The position numbers and the translations under genes are program-made. 64,000 nt of DNA, taken from contig JANOSY010000002.1 in assembly GCA_031416075.1 (NCBI GenBank), positions 1 through 64,000 on the forward strand. Direction: 5' to 3'. The notes beneath the pieces are model-generated. The model did not search any database, was not told the DNA's origin, and was given only the letters and a program-made list of their open reading frames with translations. Shown one piece after another: positions 11,133-21,380 of the stretch (positions are counted from its first letter, which is position 1; every line of letters begins with the position of its first letter). Source of the stretch: Candidatus Tenderia sp. GTDB taxonomy: Bacteria; Pseudomonadota; Gammaproteobacteria; Tenderiales; Tenderiaceae.

Positions 11133-12095
11133 CTAGTGTGAGGGTGGGGTATCGCTGAAGCCGTGTTTGTGTGCAATCAGGTAGCGGGGTCGCTGTTTGA
11201 CCTCGTTAAAGATGTTGCCGATGTATTCGCCGAGGATGCCGACGGAGAGCAGTTGCAGCCCGCCAAGAAAGGTGACGGCGACAACCAGGGTGGCCCAGCC
11301 GGGCAGATCGGTACCAAAAATGAGTGTGCGGGTGACAATAAACAGGGCGTAACAGAGCGAGATGGAGGCGACAATAAAGCCGATCAGCCCCCAGATCCGC
11401 AATGGAATGGTTGAGAACGAGACGATGCCGGAGAGTGCCAGCGAGGTAAGGCTGCGAAGGTTAAAGCGTGATGTCCCGGCGTGGCGTGGATGTACATCGT
11501 AGGGCACACCGATGGTTTTAAACCCCACCCAGGCGTATAGCCCTTTCATAAACCGGTTGCGTTCCGGCATGGCCTTCAGTGCATCGACCACCTTGCGATC
11601 CATCAGTCGAAAGTCGCCAGCATCTGCCTGAAGCTTGATTTTGGAGAGCTTGGACATCAGGTAGTAAAAGGATTCCGAGCTGGTGCGCCGTAGCGGTGAC
11701 ATATACGCACGGTTTTTTTGTGCGCCGTAGACCATATCGTAGCCGGTGCGCCACTGTGCCAGAAACTGAGGAATCACTTCGACCGGGTGTTGAAAGTCGG
11801 CGTCGATCATCACCACCACATCACCGGCGGCGTGGTCGAGTCCCGCACTCAGGGCAATCTCTTTGCCAAAATTGCGTGAAAAGCTCATGAGTTTGACCCG
11901 GTACTGATCGGCAATCGCCAGCACGGTGGCGGCGGTCTGGTCGCTGCTGCAGTCGTCAACCACAATAATCTCAAAGCGGTCGCTGAGCTGTGCCAATTGC
12001 TGGTGCAGGGTTTTGATGAACTCGGCAATGTTGTCTGCCTCGTTGTAGGCGGGAACGACGCAGGAGATGTAGGGCGATGCCTCTCTGTTGTGCAT
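11133..12095 (-). CDS. GT2 bactoprenol glycosyltransferase (GtrB-like)
   Basis: VVPAYNE, VDDCSSD, SRNFGKE, IDADFQHP and GDFRLMDR motifs; two C-terminal TMs. Confidence 0.93.
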   Translation of the reverse strand: MHNREASPYISCVVPAYNEADNIAEFIKTLHQQLAQLSDRFEIIVVDDCSSDQTAATVLAIADQYRVKLMSFSRNFGKEIALSAGLDHAAGDVVVMIDADFQHPVEVIPQFLAQWRTGYDMVYGAQKNRAYMSPLRRTSSESFYYLMSKLSKIKLQADAGDFRLMDRKVVDALKAMPERNRFMKGLYAWVGFKTIGVPYDVHPRHAGTSRFNLRSLTSLALSGIVSFSTIPLRIWGLIGFIVASISLCYALFIVTRTLIFGTDLPGWATLVVAVTFLGGLQLLSVGILGEYIGNIFNEVKQRPRYLIAHKHGFSDTPPSH

Positions 12096-12099
12096 CGGA

Positions 12100-13458
12100 T
12101 TAGAGCTGTTTAGTGATCAGGCCCAGGGCGACATGTTCGTCGTTCCAGGGGATTTTGACGTGATGGCCACTGCCGGGGGCCACCTCTATGGGGCTGTTTT
12201 TGCTGTTTTCCATTGTTTCCAGGGTCAGGTAGTGGTTGCCCTGGGGCAGTAGGATCTCCAGTGTATCGCCCACGGCAAAACGGTTTTTCACCTCGATCTC
12301 CATCATGCCGCGTGTTTTGTCGTAGCCGATGATCTCGCCGCAGAACTGCTGCTGATTGCTCTTGGAGTAGCCGGTCAGGTAGTTCTGGTGTTCGGCGGTG
12401 TGGTGGCGCTCATAAAAGCCGTTGGTGTAGCCGCGGTTGGCGAGGTTTTCCAGCACGCCGAGCAGCCCCATGTCGAAGGGTTTGCCTGCCACTGCATCAT
12501 CGATCGCCTGACGATAGGCTTGAGTCGAGCGGGCGACGTAGTAGTGTGATTTGGTGCGTCCTTCGATCTTGAGTGAGTCGATGCCGATCTTCGCCAGCCG
12601 CTCGACATGTTCGATGGCACGCAGATCCTTGGAGTTCATGATGTAGGTGCCGTGTTCATCTTCGAGAATTGGCATGAACTCGCCGGGACGGTTTTTCTCT
12701 TCGATCAGATAGGTGCGGTCGGCCAGCGGGTGGCGTGGCAGGTCGCCACAATCGGAGATGCCACTGCTGAGGCTGCTCTGGTTCATCGCCTTAAAACCAT
12801 CAAATTCGATCTTCTGGATATCACCGGCGTCATTCTCGCTGGCGTTTGTGATGCCATACTCCCAGCGGCAGGCGTTGGTGCAGCTGCCTTGATTCGGATC
12901 GCGGTGGTTGAAGTAACCGGAGAGCAGACAGCGGCCGGAGTAGGCGATGCACAACGCGCCGTGCACAAACACCTCCAGCTCCATCTCGGGGCAGCGCTGG
13001 CGGATATCCTCGATCTCATCGATAGAGAGTTCGCGCGACAGAATGACACGCTCCAGCCCCATCGATTTCCAGAACTTTACCGCCTGAAAATTAACGGTGT
13101 TGGCCTGCACTGAGAGATGAATCGGCACCTCTGGCCATTTCTCACGTACCAGCATGATCAGACCGGGATCGGCCATGATCAACGCGTCCGGCTTCATCGC
13201 AATCACCGGCTCCATATCCTTGATGTAGGTATCAACCTTGGCGTTGTGTGGCAGTAGATTGCTGGCGACAAAGAACTTCTTGCCCAGCGCGTGCGCCTCG
13301 CTGATGCCGATGCTGAGATTCTCCAGCGTAAAGTCGTTGTTGCGCACCCGCAGGCTGTAGCGCGGCTGACCGGCATAGACGGCGTCCGCGCCATAGGCAA
13401 AGGCGTAACGCATGTTTCTGAGGGTGCCGGCGGGGGCGAGCAGTTCGGGGGCTTTCAT
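12100..13458 (-). CDS. trhP: U32 family tRNA hydroxylation protein TrhP (YegQ)
   Basis: PELLAPAG, YGADAVYAGQPRYSLRVRNN, HGALCIAYSGRCLLS and SLKIEGRTKS motifs. Confidence 0.92.
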   Translation of the reverse strand: MKAPELLAPAGTLRNMRYAFAYGADAVYAGQPRYSLRVRNNDFTLENLSIGISEAHALGKKFFVASNLLPHNAKVDTYIKDMEPVIAMKPDALIMADPGLIMLVREKWPEVPIHLSVQANTVNFQAVKFWKSMGLERVILSRELSIDEIEDIRQRCPEMELEVFVHGALCIAYSGRCLLSGYFNHRDPNQGSCTNACRWEYGITNASENDAGDIQKIEFDGFKAMNQSSLSSGISDCGDLPRHPLADRTYLIEEKNRPGEFMPILEDEHGTYIMNSKDLRAIEHVERLAKIGIDSLKIEGRTKSHYYVARSTQAYRQAIDDAVAGKPFDMGLLGVLENLANRGYTNGFYERHHTAEHQNYLTGYSKSNQQQFCGEIIGYDKTRGMMEIEVKNRFAVGDTLEILLPQGNHYLTLETMENSKNSPIEVAPGSGHHVKIPWNDEHVALGLITKQL

Positions 13459-13470
13459 GGTGTGCAGATC

Positions 13471-14133
13471 TTATGTGGGGTGGGCATTGCCCACCACAGG
13501 TGCAGAGGTGGCGGTCGAGGTGGGCGGTGCCCACCCTACGTTATTCTTTAGGACTTCGGCCAGTTTACGTAGCGCCCGGCCGCGATGACTCAACTGGTTT
13601 TTCAGCTCGGCGGACAGCTCTGCTGAAGCGCAATTATGTGTTGGCACATAGAAGACCGGATCGTAACCAAAACCGCCGTCACCTTGGGAGGCATGGAGGA
13701 TGGTTCCCTCCCAAGTGCCCTGGCAGATGATAGGGGTCGGATCGCGGTCGTGTCTTATGAATACCATCAGACACTGGAAGCGGGCGGTGCGCTCACTATC
13801 GGGCACCTCTTTCATGTCAGCCAAAAGCTTGGCGACGTTGTCGCTGCTGTTGGCGGTGATGCCGGCAAAACGGGACGAGTATATGCCCGGCGCCCCTTTG
13901 AGAAAGTCGACCTCGAGCCCTGAGTCATCGGCAATGGCGGGCAGTCCGGTGTGGGTCGCCGCATTGCGCGCCTTGATGATGGCGTTTTCGACAAAAGTGA
14001 GGCCGGTCTCATCCGCCTCCGGTACGCCGAACTCCGACTGCGGCACCACCTGCAACCCAAACGGGGCGAGGATCGCCTGCATCTCCTCCACCTTGCCCCG
14101 GTTACCAGTGGCGAGCACGATGCGCTGGTTCAT
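13471..14133 (-). CDS. rdgB: RdgB/HAM1 non-canonical purine NTP pyrophosphatase (REP-derived C-terminal tail)
   Basis: VLATGNRGK, ADDSGLEVD, GFGYDPVF and SHRGRA motifs. Confidence 0.96.
   Translation of the reverse strand: MNQRIVLATGNRGKVEEMQAILAPFGLQVVPQSEFGVPEADETGLTFVENAIIKARNAATHTGLPAIADDSGLEVDFLKGAPGIYSSRFAGITANSSDNVAKLLADMKEVPDSERTARFQCLMVFIRHDRDPTPIICQGTWEGTILHASQGDGGFGYDPVFYVPTHNCASAELSAELKNQLSHRGRALRKLAEVLKNNVGWAPPTSTATSAPVVGNAHPT
13475..13539. repeat. REP doublet (REPIN), GTAGGGTGGGCA family
   Basis: GTGGGGTGGGCATTGCCCACC...GGTGGGCGGTGCCCACCCTAC inverted pair; related copies at 24172, 27186 and 34791. Confidence 0.85.
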
Positions 14134-14136
14134 GTT

Positions 14137-14853
14137 TTAGCCTTGCAGCACGTCGGTCTGTTTCTGGATCAGTTCGTTAATCCCTTTTTGCGCCAGTGCC
14201 AGCATCGCCTGCAGCTCCTCCATGCGGAAGGCGTGGCCTTCGGCAGTGCCCTGCACTTCGATAAAGGCACCGGCTTCGTTCATCACTACATTCATGTCGG
14301 TCTCGGCATCGGAGTCCTCGGGGTAGTCCAGGTCCAGTACCGGTATCCCTTTGTAGATACCGACGGAGACCGAGGCGATCTGGCCGTGGATCGGGCTTTT
14401 TTTGATCTTGCCGGTTTTGACCAAGTGGTTGCAGGCATCGACCAACGCAACATAACCACCGGTGATAGAGGCGGTGCGGGTACCGCCGTCGGCCTGGATT
14501 ACGTCGCAGTCGAGGGTGATGACACGCTCGCCGAGGGCGTCCAGATCCACCACGGCACGCAGTGAACGACCGATCAGACGTTGAATCTCCATCGTCCGCC
14601 CCCCTTGACCATTGCTGGTCGCCTCGCGGCGCATACGTGAGCCGGTGGAGCGTGGCAGCATGCCGTACTCGGCTGTCACCCAACCCTGGCCTTTGCCTTT
14701 GAGCCACTGCGGCACCCGCTCCTCGATCGAGGCGGTGCAGATCACCTGGGTATCACCAAACTCCACCAGCACCGAACCTTCGGCATGTTTGGTAAAACGG
14801 CGGGTGAGTTTGATCTCACGTAACTGCTCGGGGGCTCGTCCGCTTGGGCGCAT
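14137..14853 (-). CDS. rph: ribonuclease PH
   Basis: [33 protein letters not shown] and QADGGTRTA motifs. Confidence 0.98.
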   Translation of the reverse strand: MRPSGRAPEQLREIKLTRRFTKHAEGSVLVEFGDTQVICTASIEERVPQWLKGKGQGWVTAEYGMLPRSTGSRMRREATSNGQGGRTMEIQRLIGRSLRAVVDLDALGERVITLDCDVIQADGGTRTASITGGYVALVDACNHLVKTGKIKKSPIHGQIASVSVGIYKGIPVLDLDYPEDSDAETDMNVVMNEAGAFIEVQGTAEGHAFRMEELQAMLALAQKGINELIQKQTDVLQG

Positions 14854-15189
14854 GGTTTGACCTCTTGAATGACTACTGGAAAAGGGCGGCAATTATAGCG
14901 GATTTGGTAGTCAGCAGGGTGTAATGGCGGCTGTTTTATCAATTTTTAAAGATTGCATGGGACTATTGTAGGGTGGCGTGTGGGTTTTTTTGCCAGTGGT
15001 GTATTGGAGGGGATGGCTGGCACCCTCTTTAAAATGGTGTACATTATTGTTTATGGTGTTAATTTTCTGCCTCTTTGGCCGCTGAACTCTAGGTGCCGTG
15101 TGACTTTTTGTAACAGAAAATGGACAGGGATTTTTAGCGTGTCCATGCGGTTGTTAATAAATATGGATTTTGATTGTGAGGAGGGATAG

Positions 15190-15930
15190 ATGGCAGCGCC
15201 TTCGGTACTGATTGTTGATGATGAAGCGTTTATGCGCCGGGTGATTCGCCAGACGCTGACCAGTCTCGGCTGCACTCAGGTGGGGGATGTAGGCTCGGTA
15301 GCGGAGGCGTTGGCGCTGTTGGGTAAAAACCATTTTGATCTGATCCTTAGTGATATTTACATGCCCGGCATGAGCGGGCTGGAGTTTTTGAAGCTGGTTC
15401 GCACGGGCAAGACAATATTGGCCAGGGATGCCCGGTTGATTGCGCTGACCTCTTTTTCCAATACTGAGATCCTCAATACCTCGATGATGCTGGATGTGAA
15501 TGGGTTTATGGTGAAGCCGATTAAGGCTGAGCTGGTCAAAAAAAATATGCTCAAGGCATTAAAAGAGAAGATGTATCTACGTACTGAGGCGGAGTACGAG
15601 GCGATTGCGATCAATCAGGGGTGGGCCAGTAAGGAGGAGGGTAAACCTATCTCCGTCGGGGGTGCAGCCCACGTCCCTAGGGCCGCACCCGCAGCGCCAC
15701 CACCTGTGGTAAAGGCCCCGGAGCCGGAGGAGATGACAGTGCCGGGGGTTGTGGTGGTGGCGACGCATCAGATTCAGCCGAATTCGGTGTTGGCGGAGAA
15801 GCTGATGGCCAAGGATGGCACGTTGCTACTGTCGGCGGGTCAGCGGCTGACACCACAGCTTATTAATCGCCTGCAGGATCTGCACTCAATTCTACGTTCC
15901 AACATGATAAAAGTTTTACCGCCAGAATAG
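15190..15930 (+). CDS. response regulator (REC domain plus C-terminal non-DNA-binding domain)
   Basis: LIVDDE, ILSDIYMPGMSG and VKP motifs; C-terminal VLAEKLMAKDGTLLLSAGQRLT resembles the beta module preceding HD-GYP domains. Confidence 0.85.
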   Translation: MAAPSVLIVDDEAFMRRVIRQTLTSLGCTQVGDVGSVAEALALLGKNHFDLILSDIYMPGMSGLEFLKLVRTGKTILARDARLIALTSFSNTEILNTSMMLDVNGFMVKPIKAELVKKNMLKALKEKMYLRTEAEYEAIAINQGWASKEEGKPISVGGAAHVPRAAPAAPPPVVKAPEPEEMTVPGVVVVATHQIQPNSVLAEKLMAKDGTLLLSAGQRLTPQLINRLQDLHSILRSNMIKVLPPE

Positions 15931-16026
15931 GTGTGTCACGTGCTTACAGCGGCTTTGGTTGCTGGGGGCGTGTGGGGTCAGCCCCCTGTTGTCTATCTGT
16001 GAATATCCCTGTTTGTGAATATCCAA

Positions 16027-16185
16027 AGAACCTCTGAATAACCCCGTTGGTCTTGAGCCTGTCGAAGGGGTGATGACGTAACGTATTGATTGTTAAGAGT
16101 CCTTCATGAATGATTCGACAAATTCACCACGAAGAGTCTGCCCCACGAAGTGTTTTGGGCGCGGTGGAGTTACTCAGCTATTTCT
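16027..16185 (-). mobile_element. MITE copy (inverted relative to 9203-9344) carrying the 26-bp micro-element at 16135-16160
   Basis: AGAACCTCTGAATAAC...GTTACTCAGCTATTTCT ends; homology to 9203-9344. Confidence 0.75.
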
Positions 16186-16235
16186 TAAGCGCCCCGGTCT
16201 GTGGTTCGACATATTTGCCATAAACGGCGGTGTTG

Positions 16236-19200
16236 CTAACTTGCAATAAACTGCTCAATCCAGGCGATGGCTGCTGTGGCGTGGCTATTCAGTTGTGGTA
16301 TCAGACGGTCAATACTGTCCCGGTCGTCGGCCTTGCCGGCCATCTCCAGGGTCAGGCAGTACTCTGCCAGTGCTGTTGCGCCGGTGGTATTGGCGGAGGA
16401 TTTGAGACGGTGACCCAAGCCACCGATGGGTTGATACTCCCCGGCGGCGTGGGCCTGGTTGACTTCGACAAGTGTCTCTTTGAGGGTGCTGAGAAAGTCC
16501 TGATAAAAATCACACAGCAGGGCGTGATCGTTCGAACCAATGGCATTGGCCAGTATCTCGGGATCGACAACACCATTGATCGGCAGGGGGGGGGCGGAGG
16601 TTGTTTGCGGCGACTCGGCGACGGGTTCCTCATCCTCATCGCCCCAGTCGTCCCACGCTTGCTCTTCATCTGCATTCTGTGAGGTCTCAGCGTCGGGCAC
16701 CTCGATGGAGACCTCTACGGGTATCTCGATGGGTATCTCGATAGGTTCTGGGAGCCAGCGTGAGAGCATGGCGTTGAGCTTTTCCACCTGTGTCGGTTTG
16801 GTGAGGTAGTCATCCATGCCGGCCTCAAGACAGTGGTTATGGGTGCCACTCAGGGCGTCGGCGGTGATGGCGATGATCGGCATGCGCTGCCCCTCTTTCT
16901 CCTCCAGGCGAATGGCGCGGGCCAGGTCGTAGCCATCGATTTCGGGCATGTGGCAGTCGGTGAGCAGGAGCGCAAACGGTTCTTTGCGCCAGAGTTCCAG
17001 CGCCTCTTTGCCGTCGTTGGCCACTTCGGCGGCGTACCCCAGCAGTCCGAGTTGATGGATGATGACCTTGACGTTGGTCTTGTTATCTTCGGCAACCAGT
17101 ATCAGCTGGCCAGACTGGCGCGCCTGTTCGACGGTCATGGGGGTGCGGTGTGACAGGGGTGTTTTGTGGGTGGTGCGTTCGGTCTTTTCCACACGGCCCA
17201 AGGCGATGCCGACGGTCTGGATCAGCTGGCTGCGGCTCAGTGAGTTCATCTGCAGATAAGAGACGTTTTTCTGTTCGACGGTCGGCGAGGTGGCAGTATT
17301 GCTGGTGATGATCAGCATCCGTATGTTTTTCAGATGGTTTTGGGTGCCGAGTCGTTCATAGAGTGTTTTACCGCCCAGCTGTGCCTGGCGGTCATCGATG
17401 ATGACGACGGTCTCATTGTTGCCTGTCGTATTGCTGACACGTTGGATGCAGGAGTCGAGGGTCATATCCAGCAGCACCTTGGCACCGGCATAGCCGAGAT
17501 AGCAGGCGACAATGGCGCTAGCCACCTCATCAAATCCAACCAGGATGGTGGTGACACCGGCCAGCTCCTGGCTCGGTTTGGCGTTCTCTTGTGGCACGGT
17601 CTCCAGTTCAAGCGCCACGGTGAAGATGGACCCTTTGCCCTCTTCACTTTCGAGAGTGACGGTGCCGTTCATCATCTCCACCAGCCGGCGGCAGATGACC
17701 AGCCCGAGTCCGGTGCCGCCATAACGGCGGGTGGTGGAGTTTTCCGCCTGGGTAAAGGGTTGGAACAGCCGTTTTTGAACATCGGGATTCATGCCGATGC
17801 CGTTGTCACTCACCTGAATACGGATGCGTGCCAGATTTTTATCGGTGAGCAGCTCAACCAGATCGGCCCGGACGGTGACCTTGCCGGTCTTGTTGTTGCC
17901 GCTTGAGAATTTGACCGCGTTGCCCGCGAGGTTGAAGAGTATCTGACGGATGCGGATCGGGTCGCCGCTGAGGATCGGAATGCGTGGATCACAGAAGAGT
18001 GTCAGATCGACATTTTTACTGACGGCAATGGGTTGCAGGGTCTCACCCACCCCTTCCAGCAGCAGGCCAAGTTCGGTGGGGATCTCTTCCAGGTCGAGCC
18101 GTCCGGCTTCGATCTTGGAGAAGTCGAGAATGTCGTCGATGATGCCCAGCAGGGCAAAGGCGGAGTCACGAATGGTGGTGGTGAGTTTGACCTGCTGATC
18201 ATCCAGTTCGGTACGGTCGAGCACGTCAATCATGCCAATGACACCGTTCATGGGGGTTCTGATTTCGTGGCTCATGGCGGCCAGGAAGTTGGATTTTGAG
18301 CGGCTGGCCTCTTCTGCATCCTCTTTGGCGGCCTGTAGTTCGCCCATGATTTGGCGCAGTGCGGTGATATCACGTTCGAGAATGATGAATTTTTTGACCT
18401 CGTCGTTGTAGTCAAAGACGGGGGAGACCTCCATGTTGATCCAGTAGGGGCGTCCCGACTTGCTATGGGTCAACAGCTCGGTGGTCATCTTTTGCCCGGA
18501 GCTGAGTGTCTGGCGGATGCTGTCGATGGCCTGGGGATCGCTGTTGGTATTTTGCAACAGTTCAGCCAGGTGTTGGCCAAGCACATCTTCCATCAGATAT
18601 TCGCTGCTGCTGGCAAAACCACGGTTGACCCAGAGGATCTGCCCCTCTTTATCGGTGACGATAACGGCGTTGTCGGTCTCCTGTGCCACCAGCGCTAACA
18701 TCTGTAGCTCGTCGTTGAGCATGTTGAGCTGCTCTTCTACCTGCTTGTACTGGGTGACATCGCGGATCACACCGGTGAAGTAGAGGGTGTCGTCCAGCCG
18801 CATTTCGTTAACAATCACCTCGGCGGAGAACTCGCGGCCATTTTTGCGCAGCGCCTGCACTTCGCGGCCCGACCCCATCAGATTCATGCCGGAATCGACA
18901 TGGTTTCTGATATAACCGTCGTGCTGTTCCCTGTCAGGGGCGGGCATTAAAATGCTCACATTCTGGCCGATCAGCTCTGCGGCTTTATAACCAAACAGCT
19001 TCTCAACGGCAGGATTGATGCTGTCGATAATGCCCTTGTGATTGATGACCACAACCCCGTCGGCCAGTGTATCCACTAATCCCTGAACCCGTGTCTGTGA
19101 CCGTTTCAGCTGTGCGCGGCTGCGGGCACTCATGACCACGAGTCCGGTCAGCAGCAGGGCGGTGAAGAGTGCAAAGCTGTACAACAGTGTGCGAAAGATG

Positions 19201-20228
19201 TGGAGTGGTTGATAGGCATCGGCCACATCCTGTTCTGTGGTCATGCCAAAGCCCATTTTTTCATTCCAGAGCCAGGCACCCACAACAGGGACCCCGCGGT
19301 AGTCACGATACCCCTCCAGATCGATACCTCGTTCACCTCGGGCGGCTGCGGTGGCCATGTGGGTGAGTGGGCGCTGTGAGAGTGGCAATGCGGGCCTGTT
19401 GTGTTCGGTTAGATCGGTGCCAGGGTCGCGGATCTGGATCTTCTCCACGGCGCTTTCACCCTGCATTAGCAAGCCCACATGGTTGAGCTGGGTGGTAAAA
19501 CGGCTCTCGCTTAACATGGCACCATCACGGTTGAAGATGTAACTTTCGCCGCTGCTGGAGATGCGTGCTGCCTGTAGTGTGGTGAAAAACTCTTTAACCG
19601 GGTCAATTCTCAGGATCAGTAGTGCGACAACGCTGCCATTGCTACTTTTAATGGGTGCACCGACAAACATGGTAGGCAGATTGCTTTTAGGTACCCCTTT
19701 CTGATCAGGCAGGGGCACGTCGCTGATCATCGGGTGGCTCATGGCCGATTCACCCGCCCAGAGTCGTTGCAGCAGCTCAGGCTGTTTGACCAGCGGAGTG
19801 GTGGCCCCGACATTGGCATCACGTGCTGATGAGAGGTTGATGTTATCCGGCGAGACGATGAAATACCCTTGGTATCCGCCTATTTTATAGAGCCAGACGA
19901 GCTTCATGCTGCGCGGCTCCTGCTGCGCGGTTAGTAACGTCGCACGGTCACGGGGCAGTTTTAATAAACTGTCGGCAATCGCCTGTATGTCGGGAGAAGA
20001 GGCGGCAAATTCGGCGCGTCGGATATGTTCAAATGCCCACAGATTCATGGTGTTGTTATTGATATCAAGAATGGCATTTAATGAGCGGGCCAGATCTGTG
20101 CGGGAGCGTTTTTCAAAGGTGTGGTCTGCCCACCAGGTGACGATGGCAATGGCGGTTAGCACCAAGGCGAGCGCACTTAAGGAAGGTTTGTTAGCACTGA
20201 TCCATGCGCTTAGTTTTTTTACAGACAT
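16236..20228 (-). CDS. hybrid sensor histidine kinase (periplasmic Cache-like, 2 PAS, HisKA, HATPase, REC, Hpt)
   Basis: H-box MSHEIRTPMNG, NLAGNAVKF, DNGIG, GGTGLGL, LLTDCHMP and Hpt HRLKSSA; first PAS is FixL-like (HDGYIRN). Confidence 0.93.
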   Translation of the reverse strand: MSVKKLSAWISANKPSLSALALVLTAIAIVTWWADHTFEKRSRTDLARSLNAILDINNNTMNLWAFEHIRRAEFAASSPDIQAIADSLLKLPRDRATLLTAQQEPRSMKLVWLYKIGGYQGYFIVSPDNINLSSARDANVGATTPLVKQPELLQRLWAGESAMSHPMISDVPLPDQKGVPKSNLPTMFVGAPIKSSNGSVVALLILRIDPVKEFFTTLQAARISSSGESYIFNRDGAMLSESRFTTQLNHVGLLMQGESAVEKIQIRDPGTDLTEHNRPALPLSQRPLTHMATAAARGERGIDLEGYRDYRGVPVVGAWLWNEKMGFGMTTEQDVADAYQPLHIFRTLLYSFALFTALLLTGLVVMSARSRAQLKRSQTRVQGLVDTLADGVVVINHKGIIDSINPAVEKLFGYKAAELIGQNVSILMPAPDREQHDGYIRNHVDSGMNLMGSGREVQALRKNGREFSAEVIVNEMRLDDTLYFTGVIRDVTQYKQVEEQLNMLNDELQMLALVAQETDNAVIVTDKEGQILWVNRGFASSSEYLMEDVLGQHLAELLQNTNSDPQAIDSIRQTLSSGQKMTTELLTHSKSGRPYWINMEVSPVFDYNDEVKKFIILERDITALRQIMGELQAAKEDAEEASRSKSNFLAAMSHEIRTPMNGVIGMIDVLDRTELDDQQVKLTTTIRDSAFALLGIIDDILDFSKIEAGRLDLEEIPTELGLLLEGVGETLQPIAVSKNVDLTLFCDPRIPILSGDPIRIRQILFNLAGNAVKFSSGNNKTGKVTVRADLVELLTDKNLARIRIQVSDNGIGMNPDVQKRLFQPFTQAENSTTRRYGGTGLGLVICRRLVEMMNGTVTLESEEGKGSIFTVALELETVPQENAKPSQELAGVTTILVGFDEVASAIVACYLGYAGAKVLLDMTLDSCIQRVSNTTGNNETVVIIDDRQAQLGGKTLYERLGTQNHLKNIRMLIITSNTATSPTVEQKNVSYLQMNSLSRSQLIQTVGIALGRVEKTERTTHKTPLSHRTPMTVEQARQSGQLILVAEDNKTNVKVIIHQLGLLGYAAEVANDGKEALELWRKEPFALLLTDCHMPEIDGYDLARAIRLEEKEGQRMPIIAITADALSGTHNHCLEAGMDDYLTKPTQVEKLNAMLSRWLPEPIEIPIEIPVEVSIEVPDAETSQNADEEQAWDDWGDEDEEPVAESPQTTSAPPLPINGVVDPEILANAIGSNDHALLCDFYQDFLSTLKETLVEVNQAHAAGEYQPIGGLGHRLKSSANTTGATALAEYCLTLEMAGKADDRDSIDRLIPQLNSHATAAIAWIEQFIAS

Positions 20229-20394
20229 CAAGTTTCCCCACCCAAAACAGTCGTCAGAGCAGGTCATCGGCTGATCAAAAAATTAGATTACCTTCCTGTG
20301 AGTAATTGAATGGTCAAAACGGTCTGGATAACCCATGGCCTCCCGGTTACCATAGCCATCCACTTCAGCCATGAACGTATATAAGGTATCTCTG

Positions 20395-21261
20395 ATGATA
20401 TTAAGCATGACTTCGTTTGCGCGCCGTGAGCGTGAGACCCCCTCTGGCAGCCTGCGTTGGGAGCTGCGTTCAGTGAACCACCGTTATCTCGATGTGAGTG
20501 TGCGGTTGCCCGAGGAGCTGCGCGCCCTGGAGGTTCGGATACGCGAGCGCATGGGTGCACGGTTGAAACGGGGCAAGGTAGACGCGGGACTCCGTTTTCA
20601 AACCATCGACACACAGAGCCGCTCCCTGGCGATTGATCATGATGCGGTCAAACGGTTGGCAGCAGCGGTGCGTGAGGCGACGATACATATTGCCAATCCC
20701 GCACCGTTGGACATGTTTGAAGTGCTGCGCTGGCCAGGGGTGATGCAGCAGGAGGAGGTCGATCTGGAGCCACTCTACGAAGCGGTGATGGCACTGCTGG
20801 ATGAGGCGCTGGATGAGATGGTTGAAAACCGGCACCGTGAAGGGGATAAACTCAAAACAGTGATCCTGCAGCGCTGCGACACCATCGATGCCCTGGTGAT
20901 CAAAATGAATCTCCATCTGCCATTGTTGCGTGAACAGCTGGGCCGCAGATTGTCAGAGCGTCTGGCGGAGCTGAAAGGTGAACTGGACGTTGGCCGTCTG
21001 GAGCAGGAGATTGTCATCCTGGCGCAAAAGATGGATGTGGATGAGGAGCTTGACCGTCTGGCCGCACACGTCAGTGAGGTGCGCCATGTGCTGGAGTGGA
21101 ATGAACCGGTAGGACGACGCCTCGACTTTCTGATGCAGGAGCTGAACCGCGAGGCCAATACCCTCGGCTCCAAGTCCAACGACACCGAGGTGACACGTGT
21201 CAGCGTTGATCTCAAAGTGTTGATTGAGCAGATTAGAGAACAGGTTCAGAACATAGAGTAA
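20395..21261 (+). CDS. yicC: YicC family endoribonuclease
   Basis: SMTSF, ELRSVNHRYLD, GRRLDFLMQELNREANTLGSKS and EQIREQVQNIE motifs. Confidence 0.97.
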   Translation: MILSMTSFARRERETPSGSLRWELRSVNHRYLDVSVRLPEELRALEVRIRERMGARLKRGKVDAGLRFQTIDTQSRSLAIDHDAVKRLAAAVREATIHIANPAPLDMFEVLRWPGVMQQEEVDLEPLYEAVMALLDEALDEMVENRHREGDKLKTVILQRCDTIDALVIKMNLHLPLLREQLGRRLSERLAELKGELDVGRLEQEIVILAQKMDVDEELDRLAAHVSEVRHVLEWNEPVGRRLDFLMQELNREANTLGSKSNDTEVTRVSVDLKVLIEQIREQVQNIE

Positions 21262-21279
21262 TTACAGCAATAAAATTAT

Positions 21280-21380
21280 GGGGTGCTGTGAAAAACCCCC
21301 GTGTTCAAAGTACGTATGGGGCGCAGATTCGACGAGGCGGGCTTATCACGCCACAGACGGGGGAGTTAATCAGTTCTTCC
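21280..21380. mobile_element. degenerate MITE-like element directly after yicC
   Basis: Imperfect terminal inverted repeats CTGTGAAAAACCCCCGT / ACGGGGGAGTTAATCAG, resembling the other MITE ends. Confidence 0.4.

Noticed and set aside
16696-16750. 12-bp coding repeats (EIPIEIPVEVSIEV) in the kinase linker; similar QPAG repeats in lptC at 41144-41179
   Set aside because: Ordinary low-complexity linker expansion, in frame.
21318-21340. GGGGCGCAGATTCGACG resembling a tmRNA 5' end
   Set aside because: Spacing is too short, no T-arm/CCA 3' end is found downstream, and it lies within a MITE-like inverted repeat.
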